This document shows positions 38,653-51,229 of a stretch of DNA of 62,229 bases, piece by piece; position 1 is the first letter of the stretch; every line of letters starts with the position of its first letter. A program made the position numbers and the translations under genes. Source of the stretch: Octopus bimaculoides. Lineage: Eukaryota. The notes below the pieces were generated by a model, which was given only the letters and a program-made list of their open reading frames with translations, searched no databases and was not told the DNA's origin. The stretch covers positions 64,298,986-64,361,214 of the forward strand of contig NC_068983.1 of assembly GCF_001194135.2 (NCBI RefSeq), in the 5' to 3' direction.

Positions 38653-39628
38653 GATAGGAACAGAAACCTCTGCATGGCAAGTATGTGGCCTGTAGCAAAC
38701 AAGCTGATGTCGACCAGAAACACACGCATGAATGGTTACGATGCTCAGGGCGAAAAGTGGAGAGTGAAGGTTTCATATTAGCTGCTCAAGACCAAAGCTT
38801 ATTAACTCGGAACTACCAAGCCAATGTGATAAGAAATGGAGCTGACCCAAAATGCCGGTTCTGTAACGATGAGTTTAAAACTATAGACCACCTAATTTCA
38901 GGGTGTAGAATCTTGGCACCTGTAGAATATAAAGCAAGACATGACAGAGTCGGCCAGTATTTACATTGGAGAATGTGTTGGCATTATAAAATCAAAATCG
39001 CTGACAAATGGTATAAACACCATCCTGAAGTTGTGACTGAGGGAGAAAATGTATCGATTCTCTGGGACTTCCCCGTACCTACCGGCAAAATTATAAAAGC
39101 TGATAAACCGGATATTATTATAAAAGATCAGACAAAGAAGATGTGTTTCTTAATTGATTGACATGAGTATTCCTTGCGATCACAATATAGCGGCGAAAGA
39201 ATTTGACAAGATCAGTAAATATAAAGACTTGCTTATAGAAATTGAAAAACTGTGGCATCTCAAGGCGACCACCGGTCATTATAGGATCTCTATGAATGAA
39301 AACCAATGGTACTGAAACCTATTGGAACATGACACGAGGCTTACCAACCCTGCAGGAAGTGTCAAAAATCGTGTTAGCTGGAACGACTCATGTACTGAGA
39401 AGAGCATTATTGCTGTGAAAACAACATCCATTCCTGAATTTATTTATTTATTATTTTTTAACACATATTTTACCTGTGAATTTGCATGTGTAAACTGGAA
39501 ATGCATACAATGAGCATATCTGCCCTAGGTGTACGGAAAACACTCGGCGAGAAATGGAAGAAAATTTGAAGAAAGAAGAAGAAAACAACAACAACAGCAA
39601 TAACAACAACAACAACAAAATAATAATG

Positions 39629-39678
<50 letters not shown>

Positions 39679-39690
39679 TATAATAATGTA
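38653..39690 (+). mobile_element. R4/Dong-clade non-LTR retrotransposon, 5'-truncated copy 2 (CCHC knuckle + restriction-like endonuclease)
   Basis: ORF 38685-39161: CRFC...TIDHLISGC (CCHC), RHD, WDF, KPDIIIKD..K.CFLID; continues after frameshift with IPCDHNIAAKEFDKISKYKDL; stop 39416-39418; 3'UTR then (AAC)n(AAT)n tail. Confidence 0.9.
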
Positions 39691-40949
39691 GATCGTTATT
39701 ATAATAATTATTTCTATGATTTGTCTCGTATTTCACATACTAACCTACCCCGAGGTCAGTGCTTGCATCGTACCTCACTTGATACTTTGGTGGAAGCGTG
39801 AAGTCCACTACAGATCCATATTTCTGTTACATGTTGTGCAGATGATAAAATGAAGAATCAATGAAGTAGTGCAATCGATGTAATCAGCTAACCACTTCCC
39901 TCAAAAGTTGCTGTCGTTGATCATTGCAACCGATTGGCGAAAATTTTAGGGGCAATGTCGTGACCTCGGTCAGTTATACACAAGGGACAGCAGAGCCCTC
40001 TAACTTCCAGGGCTGAGAAATACAATATAAATCATGCTACATTATATTGTATTACATATACATTTGCATATGCCTTCCTCTTCTTCAAGCTTACGAAGTC
40101 CGCCGTGATCTTTATTCTGTTTTATTTACGAAATGATAATTCCAAATCTCCAACTTAACACGGTATTTCTTTTATGCCTCCTCACCCATCAAACAAACAA
40201 GAAAAGACATGTAACTATGTTCTGCAACCGGAGACAGATAACCTACTCTATTCAAAGTACTAAAACGCATCTGATATTCATTTTTACATACTGATTGCTG
40301 ATATTAGACCTAAATAATATTAATAAATTTGTACAATGTTTGATAAATGTGCATGTCAATATATCATTAAGCCGTACTTGTTCGTCGGGCCAATAATTAG
40401 AAGATATTTGAAGTTTTTAAATCACAATTTTAGTAATGTTCAGTACTCTCCGAAAAACAGTTGTTGAGCCACAGCAGGTTTTCATAGCATGGCATGTACC
40501 ATGATATATTTCAATTGATATTTGTAAAATCAATTGTTTTGTGAAAAAAAAGAAAAGAAATAACGGAATGCATAAAAGTATAAAAATGAAATGACACACA
40601 TTCATAAATCATTTTTAACCATATCATTATAACATTGTTTCAATTGGCACTAAATTAATTATCAATGTGAAATATGTATAGCATTTATGCCGAATTTATC
40701 TAAGATGTTACGTTTATGTATTTGTTTTGTAAGAATTCTGATGAAATATCTCGAGCTGAAACAGATATTGTCATAGTTGTGGATGGTCAAAGTTTTGGAC
40801 AATTAACCGCACGCACAGAGGACACTAAAATGAGAATAATGATAAAGCTGAAATGAAAACCAAGTAGATTGTGCGTGTGGTTAATTGGCAAAACATATGT
40901 CCATCCCCTAATATTACACTAATCTAACATAGTCATTTCGTCAGTGAGA

Positions 40950-41570
40950 CTCATCATATGCTTACTGTCAATTTTCATGAGCCAATGTACTTTGTTATAA
41001 TTTGTAACTCAGTCGGAAAAAGGAGATGTCTAATAATATGCCTTGTTTCAATTGCAGGGATTTTGCATACAATAAAGCACTACATCGATAAATCCCTTTC
41101 CATGTTGATAGATGCCGAAGGCTGTAGTAATATATGCGGTTACTCGCAGAAGGAGAATTTTCAATTATGGGCTGGCAGGAATCAAGGCAATGCTGTGACA
41201 GGAATGCCCCATGAAGGCAGTATTTTCTTTGTGTCAGAGGTTCTCGATGAAGCGTGAATAGAACAATTTGGAGTTGGTGATTATATATAGTGCGAAAAAT
41301 TCGAAGATACGCATATGATTTCTCCTGCACGTATTCGAGGAATGGTCGTACATAATCACTGATAATTCCAAAGCCATACGAGAGAGTCATGCATATTTTA
41401 TGGTACATCGTATTTATTGCTCACACAACAGGAGAGCAACTGACGTAATGTACAAATACTCTCTGTTTTTCCCTGGCGTGTACGCCAAGATGCTCCGACT
41501 AATATAGCATGATATGTAAGTATGATTTGACAGCTCGGTTGGGGAGGAACCTAACTTTTCGCCAATTATT
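40950..41570 (+). mobile_element. Possible second decayed pogo/Tigger element (CENP-B-type HTH region)
   Basis: LWAGRNQGNAVTG...EKFEDTHMIS.ARIRG resembles 'WF.Q.RS.G.P.TG...F.AS.GWL.KFK.RH.I'; heavily decayed. Confidence 0.4.
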
Positions 41571-42166
41571 ACATGATTACGTACACTTTGGTATTATTAT
41601 TATTAATCGTCATCATTTCCATACAATTTAATTGCCAAAAAATGCTATATATATATATATATATGTGCGTGTGTATGTTTATATATATATATATATATAT
41701 ATATTTGCTTAGTCTTATATGTCTATGTGTGTATAAATAAATAGATAAATAAATAAATATATATATATATATATTTATACACACAATGACATACGCACAC
41801 GCACACACATACACACACGTACACACAAAGACACACACGCAAACACGCACACACACACAAACACATTATGTTCTCCTGTTTAAGTATGTATGTATTTAAG
41901 TATGTATGTATGTATGTATGTTTGTATGTGTATGGTTCTGTGTTTGTAGATGGGCACGAGTGTGAATTTTGTAAAATCTTACAATTCAGAAATTAACTGA
42001 AAGAGCAGTCACAACGTTGTATGCAAGTATAAATTATTAGATTATTAGAAGGGGTATTTCTAAATGACTTCCAAAATACTCTAGTGACCCGTACCTAGAC
42101 GAAACCAATGAGACAATGAAAAAGGGAAACATTGAAATGTCTTCCATCATTTTCATTATATATATA

Positions 42167-43601
42167 CACAGATTTGATAGAAGTAAATAAACACACTTTT
42201 TTTCGTATATGGAGCACCACCTTTATAATCATTAAAATCTATTTAAATCTGAAATTATACATTCAGATTATTAGTTATTTAAAAAAAATTTTATAATGTG
42301 AATATTTAATATTTAGTAGACATACCTTCTGCATTTTTCAATACAAGGACCCTATTAAGCATGTTACTGATCATATTACGAATATTCCCTTATGGAATTT
42401 CTCGCCAGGTTTCATGCAGCAGTCTCAAAAGATCTTGCTTTGAAGATGCTTTCTTGTTCCTTTTATGAAGTGTCCTCTGTCAATTATATCCCAGAGGTGT
42501 TCCATAGGTTTCATATCTGGTGACTGGCTGTGCCATGGAAGCTTTTTAATGCCATTCTCATGCAACAAATCGTGGCTTATGTTAGCCAATTCTTCCATAA
42601 ATAAAGAGTCTTCTTTAATTGTTTCACCACTGTTGAAGATTGGAAGGGGTCCTTTCTGCAATATGGACACAGATTTATCTAAGTTTATGTTTCTTATTTC
42701 TTCATTGCCCACAAGGGGCTAAACATAGAGGGGACAAACAATGACAGACAAAGGGATTATGTCGATTACATAGACCCCAGTGCGTAACTGGTACTTAATT
42801 TATCGACCCCGAAATGATGAAAGGTAAAGTCGACCGCGGCAGAATTTGAAGAAGTAAGAATGTAACTCAGAAGGTAATCTAATATTATATTTCTCTCACA
42901 CTCCACCAGCTCTAATCAACAATTGCTCCAAATTGCTTCCCAGACCATCATAGAATATCTGCCGTGTTTCATTGTTGGCTGCAGTCTTTTCACATCAAAC
43001 TGTTGATCACTGAGTCTTCTGAACCACACTTCACCAATAGCAGAAAATACAGTAAATCTGGACTCATCAGAGAATATGACAGTGTCCCAGAATGCTGGTG
43101 GCTTCTCCACCATCTCACTAGTCTAATCTTTTCAGCGCTTGAGGCTGGATTGTCGAAGAAATGGCTTCCTTCTTGCTGCTCTACCATAGTATCCAACTTT
43201 GTGGAGATACCTAACAGCTGTTCTGGGACTGACATCGACTTGTTCTGCTATGTTCGAGGCCTTGCAACAAGGATGTTCCTCCACACTCCTCTTAACAAAG
43301 AGAAGGGTCCTGACAGAGGGCTCTGGTTCACCTGGGTGAGGTGATGTGGGCGCCTTCCTCCTCTCCGGCGAATTATTAACTGTGAGAGTGGTATCTCAAG
43401 GTTTGCTGCGATTTCACGCAATGTCCGGTTTCAGAATGACCTCCAATACGGCCACGTTGAAGTTCAGACAGTTTCACATCTTTTTTTGTACATATAGAAT
43501 TTGAAATAAATATAAGAATATCAGGTAATAAAAAAAAAAAAAAACTTTACCAGTTAGAATAAACAAAAAACTATGTTTTATGGGGCGTCTATTTACGTCG
43601 G

Positions 43602-43606
<5 letters not shown>
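42167..43606 (-). mobile_element. Tc1-family transposon, near full length, decayed and interrupted by a SINE
   Basis: SPRTAVRYLHKVGYYGRAARRKPFL (HTH_Tnp_Tc3_2-like), WDTVIFSDESRF, QPTMKHG.YSMMVW, LPWHSQSPDMKPMEHLWD (DD34E-type motifs); TA at both putative ends, TIRs only weakly preserved. Confidence 0.85.
42695..42876 (-). mobile_element. SINE family B, 5'-truncated, nested in Tc1 with ~18-bp TSD
   Basis: SINE core and tail; flanking direct repeats ATCTAAGTTTATGTTTCT (42677-42694) and ATCTAATATTATATTTCT (42877-42894), 15/18 identical. Confidence 0.85.
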
Positions 43607-43630
<24 letters not shown>

Positions 43631-43632
<2 letters not shown>

Positions 43633-43888
43633 GTGGTGGTTGTCTACTCCTTAAACAGAGTTTGACCACCTCCTGCACCTACACCTTAGCCCTTTCATGG
43701 CGTCTGATGTGGCTTTTTAAACCAGACAGTGTTTTGAAAAAACACCCACACAGATTGCACCTCTGATTTGCACTACCAATACCTGCAAGTAAGTTCTGCT
43801 CACTGTGGATCCTAACATGTCTTTTAAGACCCCCATTGGATTTGCAAACCCTCTGGCACACACCACATTCAAACGTGTGCACAGACAT
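43631..43888 (-). mobile_element. Two C2H2 zinc fingers plus (CCA)n tail: probable 3' end of a 5'-truncated LINE (RTE-like)
   Basis: [23 protein letters not shown] and [22 protein letters not shown], stop at 43679-43681, short 3'UTR ending AGTAGACAACCACCACCA; bounded on both sides by (TA)n with no splice acceptor evident. Confidence 0.7.
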
Positions 43889-43977
43889 ATAATATATATA
43901 CATACATACATATATATATATATATATGCATATATGTATATGTGTGTGTATGTGTGCATATGTATATATGCGCATCT

Positions 43978-44009
<32 letters not shown>

Positions 44010-44036
44010 CTCTCTCTCTCTCTCTCCCTCTATATA

Positions 44037-44089
<53 letters not shown>

Positions 44090-45139
44090 TGAAGGGAAAG
44101 AAAATGGAGAGAAAATGGGTGTATAAATAATTTATTTGCATGTAATAAAATGATGAAAATTTATCTTAAAAAAGCACACCAGTACAAATATATTGATTAC
44201 AAGTTGTAAAGCCCTATAAAAACTAAACTAATACATATATGTTTCAATCGTATCACGTTCTTGATCCGAGGTTCTAAGTATTTGGTCAAATGCTAAGAAA
44301 GGTATATTCTAATTATATGATGTAGGACTTCTTCAGGGTCAATTATGAGCTTATGAAACGAAACTTAGTTTACACACAAACACATCGTATTACAGTGTAG
44401 AACTGTATTTTACTGTACTTTAAACAAAACCACGATACTTATAAAGAAGTTTATCGCATGATGCAAAAGGTGCGTATGTTCATTAAAAAAAACAATCGTA
44501 CAGAATATCAAACCCGGTTCATTCTATTTCTCTACGTTCCTAATTTAAATACCACCGACGGCACCTTAGCCTTTCATCTGTTCTTGCTCGTTAAAGTCAT
44601 GAATTGCCTAGGATACGTGACAGGTGGAAAGGTAATGGTTAGCATTACTGATAGGATAGCTTGCGACATGATCCCATTCACACATTATGTCCTCTCATGA
44701 AAATCGTTTTAGGCTGTTCTGCCGTTTGTTTTTCTTTTCGAAAAATATAACTATAAATTTGATTGCGTGGTTTATCTCAATTCTTGGTAGGAAAGCGATC
44801 GGTAATACGCCAAATGAGAGAATATAATGCTGTACAATGGTTATTACGACAATAATTATCATATATAATACTGTCCATAATTGTTTCCAGTCAACGCAGA
44901 AGTAGCTTAATTTCACTTGCTTGTATATCTGCTACATTTGTATATGTGTGGGTTATGTGTGTGTGGGTGTGTGTGTGTGTACATGTATGTGTGCGTGTAC
45001 ATTTAATGTGTGTGTGACTTGGTGTGTTTATATACATAAGTAATTACGTACATATATAAATACATGCACGCACCCTCACTCACATATGTACGTATATATT
45101 TGGATGAGAGTTTTTGAATGTGTCTGTATGTTCATTTAC

Positions 45140-45232
45140 ATTCGTGGAAAACTGTTTATGTCCACATGAAACCAACTGACTGAAACTAAATATTTCCACA
45201 CTTGTTGCAGTCACATCACTTGAAACAAAAGC
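45140..45232 (-). CDS. Candidate symmetric internal exon (phase 0-0), AFVSSDVTATSVEIFSFSQLVSCGHKQFSTN
   Basis: Very strong acceptor cacatttttctctcattttccAG, 93 nt, only one open frame, donor AAT|GTAAAT. Confidence 0.3.
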
Positions 45233-45439
45233 CTGGAAAATGAGAGAAAAATGTGAGACAATCCCTCGGGTTTCATGTGTTGAAATGCTGAAACTTAATT
45301 ATTTCTAGTCTATTGTCAAGGGTAATTAGTTTTTGTTATATATACTGTATATAAGCAAATAAAGATATGTATGTATGTATGCATGTATGTATGTTTGTAT
45401 GAATGTATGAATGTATGGATGTATGTAAATATGTATATA

Positions 45440-45481
<42 letters not shown>

Positions 45482-46279
45482 NNNNNNNNNNNNNNNNNNN
45501 NNNNNNNNNNNNNNNNNNNNNNNNNNNNNNNNNNNNNNNNNNNNNNNNNNNNNNNNNNNNNNNNNNNNNNNNNNNNNNNNNNNNNNNNNNNNNNNNNNNN
45601 NNNNNNNNNNNNNNNNNNNNNNNNNNNNNNNNNNNNNNNNNNNNNNNNNNNNNNNNNNNNNNNNNNNNNNNNNNNNNNNNNNNNNNNNNNNNNNNNNNNN
45701 NNNNNNNNNNNNNNNNNNNNNNNNNNNNNNNNNNNNNNNNNNNNNNNNNNNNNNNNNNNNNNNNNNNNNNNNNNNNNNNNNNNNNNNNNNNNNNNNNNNN
45801 NNNNNNNNNNNNNNNNNNNNNNNNNNNNNNNNNNNNNNNNNNNNNNNNNNNNNNNNNNNNNNNNNNNNNNNNNNNNNNNNNNNNNNNNNNNNNNNNNNNN
45901 NNNNNNNNNNNNNNNNNNNNNNNNNNNNNNNNNNNNNNNNNNNNNNNNNNNNNNNNNNNNNNNNNNNNNNNNNNNNNNNNNNNNNNNNNNNNNNNNNNNN
46001 NNNNNNNNNNNNNNNNNATATATATATATCTATATATATATATAGCGGCGTACATACATCTTGTCTCTTATATGTAAGTATACAATTTTCTTAATCTTGT
46101 ATGACTATTTCTGTCTATCAGCCCCTTCACCCTTATTTGTTTGTTCCACTGTTCATTCTTTCGTTCCCCTCACTCACATTTCTTTGCTTTCTCTTCTTTC
46201 CCTCCACTTTTCACTTCACTGTGTCCCTGTCATCTTTTCTCGCCCCTCCCTAATTATTTTGTTCCTCTGCCTCTACCCC

Positions 46280-46745
46280 TATCTATTATCTTCCCATGTG
46301 AACGGTGTTCGGCCAAATTTGATCTTTCTTTCTTAGCCGGCCGTCCCTGTGCCTGTGAAAACCTGTATTCCTGCCGGAAGGCCTTATTTCCACACACGCC
46401 AGCTTAACTTAATTCGTCGTCAGTCGAAAGACATCTGTTGTTATGTCCTGTTGTATCATTTTTATTGTATTTGTTTAACATTGTTCTTTTTTTGCCGTCC
46501 TTGTTTTAGTATAAACTCGCTGCTTTCTACTAAGGAATCTAATGCTCTTCGCTTAGTTTTTCTTTGGGGCTGGCGAAATTGGAACAATCTCGAGAATAAC
46601 CATCCGAAATTGCAAGGATAATCTGGATCTCGACTGAGGAAAGAAAACTCCGAATGACCTGTCCTTGTTTTCTTGTATCGCCTATCTGGATGTCTGTCCC
46701 TTTCTTGTATCACTTAACTTTCTGGATGTTTTGCGTCCTTGTCAC
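46280..46745 (-). mobile_element. Unclassified interspersed repeat, possibly Penelope 5' region
   Basis: Higher-GC island; minus ORF 46462-46713 contains RTGHSEFSFLSR, loosely like PLE N-terminal regions; no diagnostic motif. Confidence 0.3.
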
Positions 46746-46811
46746 ATTCTGTTGTATCATTCATACACACACACACACACACAAACACACACACCCACAC
46801 GCACACACACG

Positions 46812-46847
<36 letters not shown>

Positions 46848-46978
46848 GATATGCACATACAAGTATGCATACACACATACGGACACAAGCATAGGCTGCT
46901 TTGAATCTGAATCTTTTGGTAAATCTTAGTTCTAAGTTCTCATTCGTTCTAAGTTGTCCTTCGTTCTCGTACGCTTGT

Positions 46979-47034
<56 letters not shown>

Positions 47035-47049
47035 CTGTATGTGACCTTT

Positions 47050-47245
47050 TGTCTGCTTTTGTTTCTTATTACCGATTGACGACAGGTGCTGGTGTGTTTA
47101 CCTAACATTTACTTAACGTTGCGGTTCAGCAAAAGAGAGTTGATAAAATAAGTATTATGCTTAACAAAATGAAGCCATGGCGTCGATGTGTTCACCCTGA
47201 AGACATGATCCAGCCTGGCCGCAGTCAAATGACTCAAACATGTAA
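47050..47245 (+). mobile_element. SINE family A, 3' half
   Basis: GGTGCTGGTGTGTTTAC..GCGGTTCAGCAAAAGAG..GATAAAATAAGTA..CCAGCCTGGCCGCAGTCAAATGAC. Confidence 0.75.
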
Positions 47246-48339
47246 GTGCATAAAGAATTGTACACACACATATATGTATGTATGAATGATACACACATAT
47301 GTATATATATATATATATACATATATAAGTATGTACACATATATATATATACATAGACAGACACTCACACACACATATATACATACATACATATNNNNNN
47401 NNNNNNNNNNNNNNNNNNNNNNNNNNNNNNNNNNNNNNNNNNNNNNNNNNNNNNNNNNNNNNNNNNNNNNNNNNNNNNNNNNNNNNNNNNNNNNNNNNNN
47501 NNNNNNNNNNNNNNNNNNNNNNNNNNNNNNNNNNNNNNNNNNNNNNNNNNNNNNNNNNNNNNNNNNNNNNNNNNNNNNNNNNNNNNNNNNNNNNNNNNNN
47601 NNNNNNNNNNNNNNNNNNNNNNNNNNNNNNNNNNNNNNNNNNNNNNNNNNNNNNNNNNNNNNNNNNNNNNNNNNNNNNNNNNNNNNNNNNNNNNNNNNNN
47701 NNNNNNNNNNNNNNNNNNNNNNNNNNNNNNNNNNNNNNNNNNNNNNNNNNNNNNNNNNNNNNNNNNNNNNNNNNNNNNNNNNNNNNNNNNNNNNNNNNNN
47801 NNNNNNNNNNNNNNNNNNNNNNNNNNNNNNNNNNNNNNNNNNNNNNNNNNNNNNNNNNNNNNNNNNNNNNNNNNNNNNNNNNNNNNNNNNNNNNNNNNNN
47901 NNNNNNNNNNNNNNNNNNNNNNNNNNNNNNNNNNNNNNNNNNNNNNNNNNNNNNNNNNNNNNNNNNNNNNNNNNNNNNNNNNNNNNNNNNNNNNNNNNNN
48001 NNNNNNNNNNNNNNNNNNNNNNNNNNNNNNNNNNNNNNNNNNNNNNNNNNNNNNNNNNNNNNNNNNNNNNNNNNNNNNNNNNNNNNNNNNNNNNNNNNNN
48101 NNNNNNNNNNNNNNNNNNNNNNNNNNNNNNNNNNNNNNNNNNNNNNNNNNNNNNNNNNNNNNNNNNNNNNNNNNNNNNNNNNNNNNNNNNNNNNNNNNNN
48201 NNNNNNNNNNNNNNNNNNNNNNNNNNNNNNNNNNNNNNNNNNNNNNNNNNNNNNNNNNNNNNNNNNNNNNNNNNNNNNNNNNNNNNNNNNNNNNNNNNNN
48301 NNNNNNNNNNNNNNNNNNNNNNNNNNNNNAATAAAACTA

Positions 48340-48376
<37 letters not shown>

Positions 48377-48570
48377 GCACCAATCTATAGGTCAGTGTGT
48401 AACGGTGTATTGCATGTTCTCAGGAAGTTCTATGCAGTGGAACACATTTATTTAGGTTAGAGCTAAATTAAGCTAATGTTCATTTCATACAGATGTACCA
48501 ATACTAAAGCAAGTAAGAAGAACGACTCGTCTTGTTAGGTAGTTTATAACTTTAAAACAACTTAAATTAG

Positions 48571-48980
48571 AAACAAAATGATGTAGTATTGCACCATGTT
48601 CATCATCTTCAATCGACAAAATTCATCTAGTAAAAATAAAAGGAAAATTTTAAAACAAAATGATGTAGTATTGCACCATGTTCATCATCTTCAATCGACA
48701 AAATTCATCTAGTAAAAATAAAAGGAAAATTTTAAAACAAAATGAAGTAGTATTGCACCATGTTCATCATCTTCAATCGACAAAATTCATCTAGTAAAAA
48801 TAAAAGGAAAATTTTAAAACAAAATGATGTAGTATTGTACCATGTTCATCATCTTCAATCGACAAAATTCATCTAGTAAAAATAAAAGGAAAATTTTAAA
48901 ACAAAATGATGTAGTATTGCACTATGTTCATCATCTTCAATCGACAAAATTCATCTAGTAAAAATAAAAGGAAAATTTTA
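48571..48980. repeat. Five near-identical tandem copies of an 82-bp unit
   Basis: Anchor C of AAACAAAATG at 48574, 48656, 48738, 48820, 48902 (period 82); one substitution each in copies 3, 4 and 5. Confidence 0.97.
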
Positions 48981-49439
48981 AGGAATTTATTTGGTTAGTT
49001 TCTGAACATGTGGTGCAAAATATTGTACACATTAAATGAATTATATTTAGGCTGTGTAAGCTACGAGCATAAATATCTTTCTTTTTTTTGAGGAAGATAA
49101 TGCAACAATAACAACAAAAATTGTTAAAGCAGCCAATACTAAAGTGAAATTTTAAATGCTCTGAGGCATTGTCAAGTCTTTTTGAAAACCATTTTGTCAT
49201 AAATATATAATTAAAAGTACTTTCCAACAATCACTACGAGAACACATCTAGGGTTAACGCAAATCTAAATGAAAATATCTCTCAAAGAAATAATCATGAA
49301 AAATCTATTCAGTACAAAAGAAATAAAAATAGATAAATAAAGAATGTAACGTTTATATAAATTGAAAGTGGTCTCTTGAAATTAGATCTAATGTGACAAT
49401 TGAAACGAAGAGAAATTTAGAGTATTACGCTCTCAAATT

Positions 49440-50086
49440 TGGCTTCAGTGTCTTTTCTTTCTTGCCTTTAACCCTCCAACGCGGAGTATAGGCCACTTAT
49501 AACTGAATTCCATGTCGCATAATGTTTCGCTTCTGTACTTATACTCTGCCATGGAAGTCTCCCTTTCTCTAGATCCTTTTGTGTTGATCTACGCCACGAG
49601 TTCTATATCCATCCGGATTCCACTGTAAAGCACTTTTCGATATATTTAGTGTGTCCTTTCTAATTGTGTTACCAATCCACTTCCACTTGTTTCTTAAATA
49701 TTTTCTCCCTAATCGAAACTTGATTCGTTATAGCTCCATATTAAACTAGAAACCGGTAAACTAAAGGATGTAACCGCGTTTACGTATTTAGGTAGTAAGA
49801 TAACATTCTCAGGCGGCACTGACGAAGATATTAAGACGAGAATAAGTAAGGCAAGGACCGCTTTCCACCTGTTAAAAAAAGTATGGAGCGCAAGTGTAAT
49901 TTCAATAAAGAACAAAATAAGAATATTTAACACTAACGTAAAAGCGGTGTTATTGTATGGGGCTGAAACATGGCGAACAACAGTTAAGTCAAATAAGCAA
50001 ATACAATCATTCATCAACAGGTGCTTGCATAGTATACTTAAAATCAGATGGTCCGAAAACATAAGCAATATGGAGCTATGGCTTCA
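49440..50086 (-). mobile_element. RTE-clade LINE, 5'-truncated and 5'-inverted, with 8-bp TSD
   Basis: Minus 49742-49448: NMEL..TNQVSIREK..KWKWIGNTIRK...ALQWNPDGYRTRG..A-rich tail. Plus 49743-50081: IKLETGKLKDVTAFTYLGS...VLLYGAETW...LKIRWSENISNMELW. TGGCTTCA at 49440-49447 and 50079-50086. Confidence 0.92.
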
Positions 50087-51229
50087 AAGTAATTTCGATA
50101 AATATCCAATCTGTTTTGATTGCCTATTCTAACAACATGTAAGTGCAAACCGCTTTTTTACGTTGAATCTCTTTGAAGATTTTCTTGCAGATTACATTTC
50201 AAGCAAGGTCTGAAAAAGAATATAACTTCTTTGTGCTTCACATGAAAATTAATTATTACCTCTTGCACCAGTTTTACATTATTCATCGTGTTAATTTTGT
50301 GTCTCATATATGATTTTGTTTTTTTGGTGGGGGGAATTATGTATTGTAATTTGCAATATTGTTCAATGAACTTAAATTAATTACTTTCATTAATTTGGTC
50401 AGATTATTCTTCGACACAATAAAGTAGAATTAGATTTTAACCTGATCGCAAGTAAAAAAAAAAAAATATATTTCTTTCTTATTTTGAGATAATTGTGTGC
50501 GATTGTTATGTGATCTACTAGTTGTCTTAAACAAAAGGTTTCGTTATTAGTCTTATTATTTGTAAACCTAAGAACTTCATTACATGCATTAACTAGAGTA
50601 TTGAAATTAACGATAAAATTACAAAACGACCTGTGTGACAAGAGTGAGAGGATAAAGCTGTTAAACAGCATTTGTTTCGATACAATACCACCGAAGCTAA
50701 TTCTCTGTTTGCATAGGAAATATTCGATCTTGATCAAAATAAACGTTTTACCGTATTATTCAGTTTCCAGGCTCATTTTATTCTATGTGCATTTCAATTC
50801 TAATCCCCGTTTCCTCGGCTTAAAGGAAAATTATATTCCCTGAAAACGTGAAATTGATTCACTGGTTTCCCGATTTATGGAGACGTAAGAATATATTTTT
50901 TAATGCAAATTTCTAGTAGCAATAATAAAGCAAATATATGTACTATACCTCTGTAGAAGTTCAGAAAGTTGCGGACAGATTATTTAAAATCCGATCCACA
51001 ACATATGTGGAAACTGGGATCATAAATATAAATGAGTATAGCTATATATACACCAGGATATTTTCCTTGACTCAGCACAGTTTCTCTTATCCTGTCTGAT
51101 ATTCAATGTCCACGGAAACAGTTTGCCTCTAATTATCAAAAGTCAATGTGTCTGTTCTCTTCGTGTTCTATTACTGGTCTCAAGTTGTTTATTGTTGTGG
51201 CTGTTGTACTCACTGTTTGCCTTGTCATC

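Noticed and set aside
50399-50843. Overlapping ~112-aa (-) and ~80-aa (+) ORFs
   Set aside because: No recognisable motif and no convincing pair of splice sites.
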